Shown here piece by piece: positions 1 to 8,620 of a DNA stretch of 62,961 nucleotides. The position numbers and the translations under genes were made by a program. Origin of the DNA: Thermotogota bacterium (GTDB taxonomy: Bacteria > Thermotogota > Thermotogae > Petrotogales > Kosmotogaceae); assembly GCA_034660555.1 (NCBI GenBank), contig JAYEJL010000044.1:1-62961 (forward strand). The letters run 5' to 3'. The first letter of the stretch is position 1; the number at the start of each line of letters is the position of its first letter. A model generated the notes under the pieces. It made no database searches, was not told where the DNA came from, and saw only the letters and a program-made list of their open reading frames with translations.

Positions 1-124
1 GAGCGAATAAGGCGTCTTCCTCGCCTCCAGCTGTCCACCAGCTGAATATCTCAAGTTTACCTGAAGCAGATAAAACCATCAGACCTGTTAATAAAAATAC
101 AGATAATACAAGAAGTTTCTTCAT
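1..124 (-). CDS. Sugar ABC transporter substrate-binding protein, N-terminus only (runs off the window edge)
   Basis: Manual translation from ATG at 124: MKKLLVLSVFLLTGLMVLSASGKLEIFSWWTAGGEEDALFA. This is a signal peptide followed by the LEIFSWWTAGGE N-terminus typical of glucose/mannose-type carbohydrate SBPs. SD-like AAGGGGTGA lies upstream. Confidence 0.8.
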   Translation of the reverse strand, partial: MKKLLVLSVFLLTGLMVLSASGKLEIFSWWTAGGEEDALFA

Positions 125-173
125 ATAGAGTCACCCCTTTCGTCATATTCTCCCCACTAAGGAGTCCAATAAC

Positions 174-207
174 TATCATACAATCTTTTTGTTTTTTGAC
201 AAAAAAC
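174..207 (-). promoter_or_regulatory. Putative sigma70 promoter of the SBP gene with an overlapping palindrome
   Basis: Minus strand reads TTGTCA-16 nt-TATGAT. The palindrome GTTTTTTG-A-CAAAAAAC (191-207) covers the -35. Confidence 0.4.
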
Positions 208-234
208 TTTAGTTTTAATTACAAAGGGAGCAAT

Positions 235-1503
235 TTATTGAAGAAAATCAATTTGATTATCTCTGATTATTTCATTCAGTAAGTTAGAAACATTTTCTGC
301 CAGGGGTCCTAGTGGATGTATTAGCAATGCCTGTATAGCATGGTTTTTAGATTGCTGAAGGTAAGCATTTATGGTAAGTCTTTCAAAATGTTTGATATTA
401 GTGACCCATGATAAAGGAAAATCCCTTCCCTTACCCTGTGAAACGGAAGCAAATTTCCCATTTTGAAACTTTGCGGGGACTTCCATAATGTAATCTGAAG
501 GCAGGTTCTTAATTGAACAGTTGTTGGGAATGTTGACGATGTGTGTTTTGTCATCTTTAATTACAAGGGTCTTAATAAGGTATGCTGCAGCCTGAGAATA
601 CCTTGATCCACCTCTTTGAGAGAGTAATCCGGGGAGTTGTGATGAATTGGCCTTTTTATATTCCTTAAAGAGCTCTTTTTCGATTTTCATTACCTGTTTT
701 GCACGTGGTACTTCATTTTTTATTTTTTTGTACATTGTTTCTGTCATAAGATAATATTGCATGTAAGGATTCATAAGTAAATCTATGGCATCTACGAGCC
801 ATGAAGGAAAACTAGCACCTTTTATATTGGCCATCTCCTGGAAGTATTGTTTTAGAACAATTTCAGTTATATTTGTGTTGTTTTTCAGCACTTTTTCAAT
901 GAAGCTTAGATGATTAAGTCCATAGTACTTTAATGTGTAACAATCCGGAGTATCACCAAATTTTTCAGAAAGTTCATTGAGAAGATTTATAGGAACGTTA
1001 CACAAACCGATGAAATTTTCAAATCCAAGGTAATTTCGTGCAAACTCAGTGATATGCCCTGATGGATTGGTAAAATTGACAACAGTGGCATCAGGAGATA
1101 TTTTACGGATCTTATTTATATAACCTTCAATCACCGGGAAAGCTCTTAAGGCTGCAGCGAAACCTCCAACACCCGTCGTTTCCTGACCGATTAAACCGTA
1201 TTTCAAAGGTATTGTTTCATCTTTTAATCTTCCCTGTAGCATCCCGGGACGAAATTGAAAAATAATGAAATCACTATCTTTTATCGCAGCTTCGAACGAG
1301 AGTCCGGATTTTATAGTTAAATTCTTTAGTGTATCATCTCGCATTCTTTTAACAAATCTACTTATTATATCCAACCTTTTTCGGGATTTTTCTATATCGT
1401 GTAAATACACCTCTTCCAGTTCAATGGAATCAGAAATATCAAAAAGCCCCTTCATTAGTTCAGGGGTATAGGAGCTTCCACCACCAATAACTGCAATTTT
1501 CAT
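235..1503 (-). CDS. Family 4 glycoside hydrolase, 6-phospho-beta-glucosidase
   Basis: KIAVIGGGSSYTPEL Rossmann motif, GQETTGVGG, NFTNPSG, GLCN (catalytic Cys) and GLNH motifs. Confidence 0.9.
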   Translation of the reverse strand: MKIAVIGGGSSYTPELMKGLFDISDSIELEEVYLHDIEKSRKRLDIISRFVKRMRDDTLKNLTIKSGLSFEAAIKDSDFIIFQFRPGMLQGRLKDETIPLKYGLIGQETTGVGGFAAALRAFPVIEGYINKIRKISPDATVVNFTNPSGHITEFARNYLGFENFIGLCNVPINLLNELSEKFGDTPDCYTLKYYGLNHLSFIEKVLKNNTNITEIVLKQYFQEMANIKGASFPSWLVDAIDLLMNPYMQYYLMTETMYKKIKNEVPRAKQVMKIEKELFKEYKKANSSQLPGLLSQRGGSRYSQAAAYLIKTLVIKDDKTHIVNIPNNCSIKNLPSDYIMEVPAKFQNGKFASVSQGKGRDFPLSWVTNIKHFERLTINAYLQQSKNHAIQALLIHPLGPLAENVSNLLNEIIRDNQIDFLQ

Positions 1504-1590
1504 AAACCTGACGTATATTGAAGAATATACGTTTTCACCTCCTTAATTGAAGGTTTTCCAGCGTTAACCGCTTAGTAAGATGTAAGGAAA

Positions 1591-2565
1591 TTATTTTATT
1601 TTGATTAATTCACATTTTTTGTAAGATTTTTTCAATTTCGAAACAACATCATTTTCTAGCGGTTGTAGTTTTTCAATTGCTATCATGAGTGCACCCACAA
1701 CCGGATCACAATCTGGGACGACAATGTTTAGTTTTTTTGGTAATCTACTGTTTAGCATTTTGTAGAAATACTTTTCTGCGTTCTTGAAAAAATGTCCATC
1801 GAGAATAAGTGGTATATTACCTGAAAGTCCAGTAACTGAGCTGAGTACTTTTGATTCGATCTCAATTTCTTCTGTAATTTCAAGAAGCAATTTAAGAGCA
1901 ACAGCGTCGTATTCTTTTCCAGCTTTGAATAAGACCTCTATGAGAATTGGAACATAATCATCGTCAGAAGAACTGTCAGGATAATCCATCTTCATAAGGT
2001 TTTCGGCAGGCATATCGATTTTCTTTTCAAGGAACTCTACCATTTTTGTTAGCTGCCCTCTACCATCCTTTGCCCGAATTATTAATGATATTATCCTTGA
2101 TGCTATATATTCGGATCCCAGTCTGTCTCCAAAGTTACTTGACAATCCACCCAGTCTAAATATTTTCTTTCCATTTCCAGCAAAAGCCACTGTTCCAGTA
2201 CCACAGGTTATAAGAATGCCTTTGTCATCAATTGTTGATGCCTTTAACGAAATCCTGCCATCGTTTTCGAAATCGTAGTTTCTTAATAGAAGTTTGTTTA
2301 ATATAGTTTTTATTATTTTTTTATCATCTTCGCTATCGGCTCCTGCCATCCCAAAGAATGAATAATCTATATCTTCAGGTTTGAGTTTTGTTACTTCAGA
2401 GCATTTGTCAATTATTTTTCTGAGTTCCTTAAGTGAGTTTTCAATTCCTACAGTTTGAAAGTTGGCTCCATTCCCTCTTATTTTGCATAATACAGAGCCA
2501 CTGGTTGTACAAATTGTCCCCAACGTTTTTGTGTTTCCTACGTCGAATCCAAGACAGTATTTCAT
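1591..2565 (-). CDS. BadF/BadG/BcrA/BcrD-type (N-acetylglucosamine kinase-like) sugar kinase
   Basis: GFDVGNTKT phosphate-1 motif, GMAGAD, END, GTGT, GG..FGD.GS. Confidence 0.8.
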   Translation of the reverse strand: MKYCLGFDVGNTKTLGTICTTSGSVLCKIRGNGANFQTVGIENSLKELRKIIDKCSEVTKLKPEDIDYSFFGMAGADSEDDKKIIKTILNKLLLRNYDFENDGRISLKASTIDDKGILITCGTGTVAFAGNGKKIFRLGGLSSNFGDRLGSEYIASRIISLIIRAKDGRGQLTKMVEFLEKKIDMPAENLMKMDYPDSSSDDDYVPILIEVLFKAGKEYDAVALKLLLEITEEIEIESKVLSSVTGLSGNIPLILDGHFFKNAEKYFYKMLNSRLPKKLNIVVPDCDPVVGALMIAIEKLQPLENDVVSKLKKSYKKCELIKIK

Positions 2566-2574
2566 ATAATCACC

Positions 2575-3327
2575 TTACAATCCATAGAGATTACGGATGC
2601 CATCAAGAAAAAAGATGATAATATATCCTGCCAGTGCTATGAAAGGTCCAAATGGGATACGATAATCAAGTTTGATTTTTTCAGATTTTATTACTTTGAT
2701 TAAAATGAAGGCTAATAATGCAATTACAGAAGAAAGCATTATGGTAAATAGTATCCCGATAAAACCAAGCGAGATCCCTAGTATTGCAAGAAGTTCAACA
2801 TCTCCAAAACCAAAGGAATCTTTTTTAAAATAGTTGGCAAACAGATAAAATACAATCATTAAACCAAATATAATGACTGCTTGTACGAGAATACCTGGCC
2901 AATCATTCCTTAAATACGAGAATGTTGCTGCTCCAATCCCGGTAATAATTAATCCTGTATCCGGAATAATCATTAATTCAATATCAATAAATGAAACTAT
3001 TATTAGTCCTGAAGCAACAAGACATAGTGCCAAACTCTGGTAAAGAGGAAAATAAAATGAGTTCAGTACAAAAGCTAACGCAGTTAAAGTTTCAACAACC
3101 GGATACCTTGGTGATATCCTTTGCTCACAATAACGGCATTTACCCTTTAGAATTAAATAACTTATTACCGGAATATTGTCTTTCCATGATAATTTATGTT
3201 TACATACAGGGCAAATACTTCTTTTTGGAGTATTTACTGACATATTTTCTCTTGGAAGCCTGTATATTACGACATTGAAGAAGCTACCAAAAATTGCGCC
3301 AATAATCCCAAAAAGCAAATGGATCAA
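2575..3327 (-). CDS. pilD: Prepilin peptidase / N-methyltransferase (A24 family)
   Basis: GSFFNVVIYRLP, two CxxC motifs (CPVC, CRYC), NIPVISY, GFGD aspartic motif, IPFGPF; polytopic membrane protein. Confidence 0.9.
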   Translation of the reverse strand: MIHLLFGIIGAIFGSFFNVVIYRLPRENMSVNTPKRSICPVCKHKLSWKDNIPVISYLILKGKCRYCEQRISPRYPVVETLTALAFVLNSFYFPLYQSLALCLVASGLIIVSFIDIELMIIPDTGLIITGIGAATFSYLRNDWPGILVQAVIIFGLMIVFYLFANYFKKDSFGFGDVELLAILGISLGFIGILFTIMLSSVIALLAFILIKVIKSEKIKLDYRIPFGPFIALAGYIIIFFLDGIRNLYGL

Positions 3328-4394
3328 TATATTTCACAAACCTTTCTCTCCTCTTCGTTCAAGAACTCTTCAAATAGTTCCTTTTTGCCGTAAAAATACC
3401 AGAATCGTTCATCTTTAAATTCTTTAAGCAGAGCGCAGGCTTTTTCTTTAAGTCCGAGCTTTATGTAAGGCACAATAAGTATTATCTTTAGATGTTCAAG
3501 ATCCGGCGACGTTTCAAGAAGTTTTTCAATTACATTTCTTGCTTTTTCGAAGTTGCCTTCTTCAAACTGCATTCTTGACCATACTTCTATATCGCTACTA
3601 TAAACGGGCTCAGTATTAAGTATTTGATTCTTGTGTTCTTCGGCCTTATCATCTTTACCCATCTTTGTCAATATATTCATTAATTGATATCTTGCTAAGA
3701 GGTTCTTTTCATCGTTTTCAATAAGCGTTTCAAGTATGTTTACAGCTTTTTCTTTTTCGTTTTGCATGAGATAAGCGTCTGCTAACATAAAGTACGTAAC
3801 GATGTGATTGGGGGCAATAGCTATTTCATGTTCCCAGCATTCAATGGCTTTGTTGCATTCACCGTTGTTGAAATACATCTGACCGAGAGAGGAATACGCT
3901 AAAGCCAGAGTGGGGTCTTCATTGATGGCTTTTTCAAGCCATTTTTTGCCTTCATCCGTTTTTCCTTCTTCAAGAAGCAAAGTGCCTTTCAGTTCAGAAG
4001 TTCCAGCAATATCATAACCAGATTTTAACAATAAATCAAGATAAGAATGAGCTTCTTTATACTGATCTTTGTCTGCAAAACGCATAACCATATCTTTATA
4101 ACCGCTAAAAGTTCCGTTTTTAATTTTGTTTATATCTACACCTGTTTCTTCCATGTATTTATTGAATTCATTGAAATATATTGGTGAATACATCTCAGGA
4201 TCAAGAATTTCGTCGTAAATATTACTCAACTTGTTCAGGGTTTCCAGTGATTCCGAAATATTACTCTCTTTAAGTTCATCAATTGCAAGCTGAATATCAC
4301 CATCGTAAATAAGATCAACAACTGCTATTGAAAATGGGAACAGTTCATCGAGTCGATAAAGCTCTTCATTAATTCTTAGATTAATAGTAAACAT
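3324..4394 (-). CDS. Tetratricopeptide repeat protein
   Basis: Tandem TPR-like helices (A..SLG..YF..G...KAI..WE..I...P); SD AGGAGG upstream; overlaps pilD by 4 nt. Confidence 0.8.
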   Translation of the reverse strand: MFTINLRINEELYRLDELFPFSIAVVDLIYDGDIQLAIDELKESNISESLETLNKLSNIYDEILDPEMYSPIYFNEFNKYMEETGVDINKIKNGTFSGYKDMVMRFADKDQYKEAHSYLDLLLKSGYDIAGTSELKGTLLLEEGKTDEGKKWLEKAINEDPTLALAYSSLGQMYFNNGECNKAIECWEHEIAIAPNHIVTYFMLADAYLMQNEKEKAVNILETLIENDEKNLLARYQLMNILTKMGKDDKAEEHKNQILNTEPVYSSDIEVWSRMQFEEGNFEKARNVIEKLLETSPDLEHLKIILIVPYIKLGLKEKACALLKEFKDERFWYFYGKKELFEEFLNEEERKVCEIY

Positions 4395-4416
4395 ACAAAT
4401 GCCTCCTGAGTGATTT

Positions 4417-4445
4417 GTTTAACTATTCTTAGTTAAACTATACCA
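4417..4445 (-). promoter_or_regulatory. Extended -10 (TGGTATAGT) abutting a 22-bp palindrome, candidate operator
   Basis: GTTTAACTA-TTCT-TAGTTAAAC at 4417-4438, next to a minus-strand TGnTATAGT upstream of the TPR gene. Confidence 0.45.
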
Positions 4446-4619
4446 CAGCAACAGTCCAATTATTAGAAACAACATCACCACTTTATTGAAGTAAAAATGA
4501 GCTGTGTAAAAAGATTGTGGATTTTTCAGAACAGGTTGGAGATAAAGAGAATTTTTCATAACTGAGGGGCATTGTTTTTAAATGTTAAGATTAAGCAAAA
4601 TGTAAAAGGAGGTGTATCT

Positions 4620-5117
4620 ATGAGTGAAAAGATAATAAGCATCTTAAAATTTGCAATGGCAAGGGAAAAGGAAGGTGTTTCATTTTACGATGAAAAATTG
4701 ACCAGAGCAAAAACTGAAGAGGTTAAAGATATACTTGAGAAATTAAGAGATTTGGAAAAAGACCATGTGAATTATATCAGAGAGGCTTTAGAAAAAGCAG
4801 ATAGGGGTGACGAAATAGTTCTTGAAGAATTGAAGGAACCCAGGATATTTGAAAATCGAGAAAATGTAGAACTAAAAGGCTTTGATATTAACGATATTGT
4901 TGGTGATATTGCCATTTTAAGAATGGGATACCTTATTGAAAAAGATTTTGAGGATTTCTACAATGATCTGGCAGAAAAAACAGAAGATGAACCTGCCAGA
5001 AAGTTACTTTTACATTTGTCCACATGGGAAAATGAGCACAAGAACAGACTTCTAGATCTGTATAATTCTTTGATGAAAGAATACTGGAATATCCAGGGTT
5101 TCACGCCACTATTCTAA
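4620..5117 (+). CDS. Ferritin-like / rubrerythrin-family di-iron protein
   Basis: Two E..H motifs (LEKDH, WENEH) and paired E....FY helices. ATG 4620 follows SD AGGAGGT, so it is preferred over the ORF-track start at 4572. Confidence 0.8.
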   Translation: MSEKIISILKFAMAREKEGVSFYDEKLTRAKTEEVKDILEKLRDLEKDHVNYIREALEKADRGDEIVLEELKEPRIFENRENVELKGFDINDIVGDIAILRMGYLIEKDFEDFYNDLAEKTEDEPARKLLLHLSTWENEHKNRLLDLYNSLMKEYWNIQGFTPLF

Positions 5118-5137
5118 GATAAGCAAAACTATCAAAT

Positions 5138-5167
5138 AAGCCTTCTTTTTTAAAGAAGGCTTTTTTT
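5138..5167 (+). terminator. Rho-independent terminator
   Basis: AAGCCTTCTT-loop-AAGAAGGCTT followed by a T run, 20 nt after the ferritin-like stop. Confidence 0.8.
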
Positions 5168-5465
5168 GAATTTCACAAACTACCTTCGTTTTAATAACCA
5201 TGAATACTTCTTCTTGATAGGTAAAACAACATACCATTAATAGACTATAAACGCGACTTTTAACTAAAAGAAAAAATAATGAAATAAAATAATATTATAA
5301 TTAAATAAGACAGTATTACTCTGATAATAGACATATATATATATACGAATATTTGTATTGAATCTGATAACAACTTAATTTTAGATTGAATAAATAAAGA
5401 AAAAAAATAAACCAGTTTTTTCATGTAAAAATTTACTCGGATAGTGTCAAGCAGGAGGGATTTAT

Positions 5466-6227
5466 ATGTCAAGGACAATACAGATTTATGTTGATTGGTT
5501 AGCAAATCTATTACCTGATGGCTGGCCAATAAAAAGTTCAACGCTTATAACAGGTCCTGGAGGTTCGGGAAAACCTCTTATCGGCAATGCGATTATAGAT
5601 GCCTGGTTAAGAGTAGGTGGTGGAGTTGTATTAATGTCACTTCAATATCCTGATAAGCATTTTGCATATGAAAGCTTTCAACGTGTTGTGGGATATGACC
5701 TTTCTAGTTATGAAGACCAAATAGTGTTTGTTCAATTTGACCCTAAAGCTCAAAAAGTTGGAAAAGTTATAAAACAGAGTTTTTCTTCAAACCTTGTTTA
5801 TCCAGAACAATGGTATCAAACCTTGGACAAGGCTTCAGAAATATTGAATAAACAGGAAAAATCTCCTGGAATACTCCTTTTTGCTTCTGCTTTAAATCTG
5901 CTGTTTTTTTCTCCTACTTATCGTTCAACTATTGTAAACAGCATTATAAATGCAATGAGAAACTCCAGGTTTTCTACATTGTTTGCAGCGAGCTCAAAAC
6001 CTCACGCGGATCTTGTTAACAGAATTGCATCAAAAGCCGATAACCTAATTTATACAGGTAAACCAGGAAAGGAGATGTCTCTTTATCTTAAAATTGAACG
6101 AATGAAAGAGGTTAGATTTAATGACAGTCGAATTCACATTCCTATTCCTACTTCGGAACTTGAAGCAACAAAGAATATAGCTGAGCACAGTAGAAAAAGA
6201 GTAATTCCTGAAGTTTCCAAGATTTAA
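5466..6227 (+). CDS. KaiC/RAD55-like RecA-superfamily ATPase-domain protein with degenerate motifs
   Basis: WL..LLP.G.P..S.TLITGPGGSGKP N-terminus and LKIERMK C-terminal KaiC-like motif; SD AGGAGG. Confidence 0.7.
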   Translation: MSRTIQIYVDWLANLLPDGWPIKSSTLITGPGGSGKPLIGNAIIDAWLRVGGGVVLMSLQYPDKHFAYESFQRVVGYDLSSYEDQIVFVQFDPKAQKVGKVIKQSFSSNLVYPEQWYQTLDKASEILNKQEKSPGILLFASALNLLFFSPTYRSTIVNSIINAMRNSRFSTLFAASSKPHADLVNRIASKADNLIYTGKPGKEMSLYLKIERMKEVRFNDSRIHIPIPTSELEATKNIAEHSRKRVIPEVSKI

Positions 6228-6295
6228 TTATAGGTCAATCATTACAAGAGTAAGATTATTATTTATTGATGTTTCAATATTGTTTTTTTAGAGAT

Positions 6296-6320
6296 AAGGC
6301 TTCTTTATTATAAGAAGGCT
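6296..6320. terminator. Imperfect hairpin between the convergent KaiC-like gene and rnr
   Basis: AGGCTTCTT-TATTAT-AAGAAGGCT just past the rnr stop. Confidence 0.4.
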
Positions 6321-6327
6321 GCTTATA

Positions 6328-8487
6328 CTATTTTTTTGTTTTCTTTTTGTTTTTATCCTTATATTGATTTTCAATCACAAAATCAATTTCCATTGTTGTT
6401 TTATCGGCGCGTACTACCCTCACTTTAAGCTCATCTCCAATTCGGTATACCTTTTTCTTATGTTTTCCGACGAGCACATTACTGTCTTCGTTGTACTCAT
6501 AATAATCATCCATAGTAGATATATGAACAAGACCATTGATAGTTTTTTCAGGAATCTCAACAAACAGACCAAATTTTGTTACAGCAGTTATTACTGAGTT
6601 AAAGGTTTCCCCAATTCTGTAACTCATATACTCAATTTTTTTCATATCTCGTAAATCCCATTCCGCTTCGTTGGCTACTCTTTCTCTTCTTGAACAATGA
6701 TCGGTTATTTTAGGTAAAATTTCTTCATAGTTTTCTTTAGTTTCTTGATCAGGATGACCATTAAGTATATAGTCCTTCAGAAGTCTGTGTACCATAAGAT
6801 CGGGGTAACGTCTTATTGGCGAAGTAAAATGTGTATATGCACTGGAAGCAAGCCCAAAGTGCCCAATGTTTTGATCTGAATAGATTGCTCTTTGCATACT
6901 TCTTACAAGGAGTCTTTCAATGGAGGTATGAAGAGGATGATCCTTTGTTTTATCGAGTATTTTCTGCATAACATGCGGGTTTATATTGTTGGGGATTTTA
7001 ACATTGAGATTCAACGCTTTAAGATAGTTTTTGAGTTGAAGTACTGAATCAGGATCTGGTTCATCATGAACCCTATAAACAAAGGGTATTTTTTTAGAAT
7101 CGAAAATCTCAGCTATTGCTTCATTAGCCTTTATCATAAACTCTTCGATTACAACTTCAGATTCTCCGCGCTCAACAGGAATAATGTCTTTTACTCGCCC
7201 TGATTCGTCTCTTATGATTTCTACCTCCCGCGAGGTAATATTCATTACTGAACCGCGTTTTCTCCTGCTTTCTCTGAATATATCTTTTAATTCTCTTGCT
7301 ATGAAAAGAGATTCTTTGACCGCAACCATTTTTTTCATTAATTGTTCGTCAGTATTTCCTTCATAAAGCTTGTTAACTTCTTTGTATGTTAGTCTTCTAA
7401 CCGAACTGATTACGCCTTTATGAATTTCCTTTTTAATTGTATTCCCGTTTTCATCAATTTCCATCTCTGCAGACATAGTCAGTCTATTCTTTCCCTGTTT
7501 TAATGAACATATGTTGTTTGAAAGTTCAATGGGCAGCATAGGGATAACTGTATCCAATAAATAGACTGATGTTCCCCGTTCATAGGCTTCGTTATCTAGA
7601 GCAGAATTGCTTTCCACATAATGTGATACATCTGCAATGTGTACATCTAGCTTAAAGTGTCCATTTTTTAACTTCTTTACAGAAACAGCATCATCAAAGT
7701 CCTTGGCATCCTCACCATCTATTGTATAGACAATTTCATTTCTGTAATCCTTCCTTTTCGTCAACTCATCTTTTGATGGTTCCACAGCAACTTTCTTTGC
7801 CTGCGAAACAACATTATTGGGAAACATTCCAGGCTCAGGAAGTCCATGCTTGTATATGACCACAGGAAGATCAATGTTTGGATTTTCAACATTACCAAGA
7901 ACACGTTCAATTTTTCCTTCAGGATTTCTTCCCGGTGAAGGGTAGCTTGTTACTTTTAGAAGTACTTTTTCATTAGGTTTGGCTCCATTGAAATTTTCAG
8001 GAGCAACATAAAAATCATATTTGAACTTCGGATCATCAGGAATTACAAAAGCAAAAACACCTCTTGTGGTAAATGTACCAACGATTTTTTTGGACTCTCT
8101 TTTTATTATTTTGGCGACTCTTCCTTTTGGAGGTTCTTTACTGCTATCCGTAATTTCAACAAGCACACGATCTCTGTGCATTGCAAATCCAGTTTGCTCT
8201 GCAGGAACAAAGGACTCACTACCTGAGTCAAGCCTTACGTAAGCACCGGTTCCTTTTCTAGTAAACTGTATAATTCCTGCCGACACATTATCTCCAGGCA
8301 AAGAATATCTTGCTTTTGAGCTTTTAAAAACCTCTCCAGCGTAAACCATTTCTTTGAGTATTTTCCGCAATTGTTTTCGTTGTTTTTTGTCTTTGATATC
8401 AAATTCTTTGCAAATTTTCTTGAAAATTGGTGGCTTATTGCTGCGCTCTTTCAAGAATTTCTTGATATCGTTTTTACTGATTTTCAA
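6328..8487 (-). CDS. rnr: Ribonuclease R
   Basis: N-terminal HTH and CSD domains, TIDGEDAKDFDDA catalytic motif, HFTSPIRRYPD, C-terminal S1 domain and basic tail. TTG 8487 follows AAGGAAGTG; the ORF extends to 8538. Confidence 0.95.
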   Translation of the reverse strand: MKISKNDIKKFLKERSNKPPIFKKICKEFDIKDKKQRKQLRKILKEMVYAGEVFKSSKARYSLPGDNVSAGIIQFTRKGTGAYVRLDSGSESFVPAEQTGFAMHRDRVLVEITDSSKEPPKGRVAKIIKRESKKIVGTFTTRGVFAFVIPDDPKFKYDFYVAPENFNGAKPNEKVLLKVTSYPSPGRNPEGKIERVLGNVENPNIDLPVVIYKHGLPEPGMFPNNVVSQAKKVAVEPSKDELTKRKDYRNEIVYTIDGEDAKDFDDAVSVKKLKNGHFKLDVHIADVSHYVESNSALDNEAYERGTSVYLLDTVIPMLPIELSNNICSLKQGKNRLTMSAEMEIDENGNTIKKEIHKGVISSVRRLTYKEVNKLYEGNTDEQLMKKMVAVKESLFIARELKDIFRESRRKRGSVMNITSREVEIIRDESGRVKDIIPVERGESEVVIEEFMIKANEAIAEIFDSKKIPFVYRVHDEPDPDSVLQLKNYLKALNLNVKIPNNINPHVMQKILDKTKDHPLHTSIERLLVRSMQRAIYSDQNIGHFGLASSAYTHFTSPIRRYPDLMVHRLLKDYILNGHPDQETKENYEEILPKITDHCSRRERVANEAEWDLRDMKKIEYMSYRIGETFNSVITAVTKFGLFVEIPEKTINGLVHISTMDDYYEYNEDSNVLVGKHKKKVYRIGDELKVRVVRADKTTMEIDFVIENQYKDKNKKKTKK

Positions 8488-8574
8488 AAAAATCACTTCC
8501 TTATTTATCAATAATTTCCAGTTATCATTATACATCAATTCTCAAGTGAGTTTCCTTTTGGAAAATAATTAGCG

Positions 8575-8583
8575 TGGTATAAT
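8575..8583 (+). promoter_or_regulatory. Extended -10 promoter of the long pfk-led gene run
   Basis: TGGTATAAT about 40 nt upstream of the pfk start. Confidence 0.55.
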
Positions 8584-8620
8584 TTAATATAGATATCAAA
8601 AGTAATAGGAGGGGTAACGA

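Noticed and set aside
5260..5541. 93-aa hydrophobic minus-strand ORF and an (AT)n run in the AT-rich spacer
   Set aside because: Its composition follows from the AT-richness, it overlaps the KaiC-like start, and it has no SD or motif.
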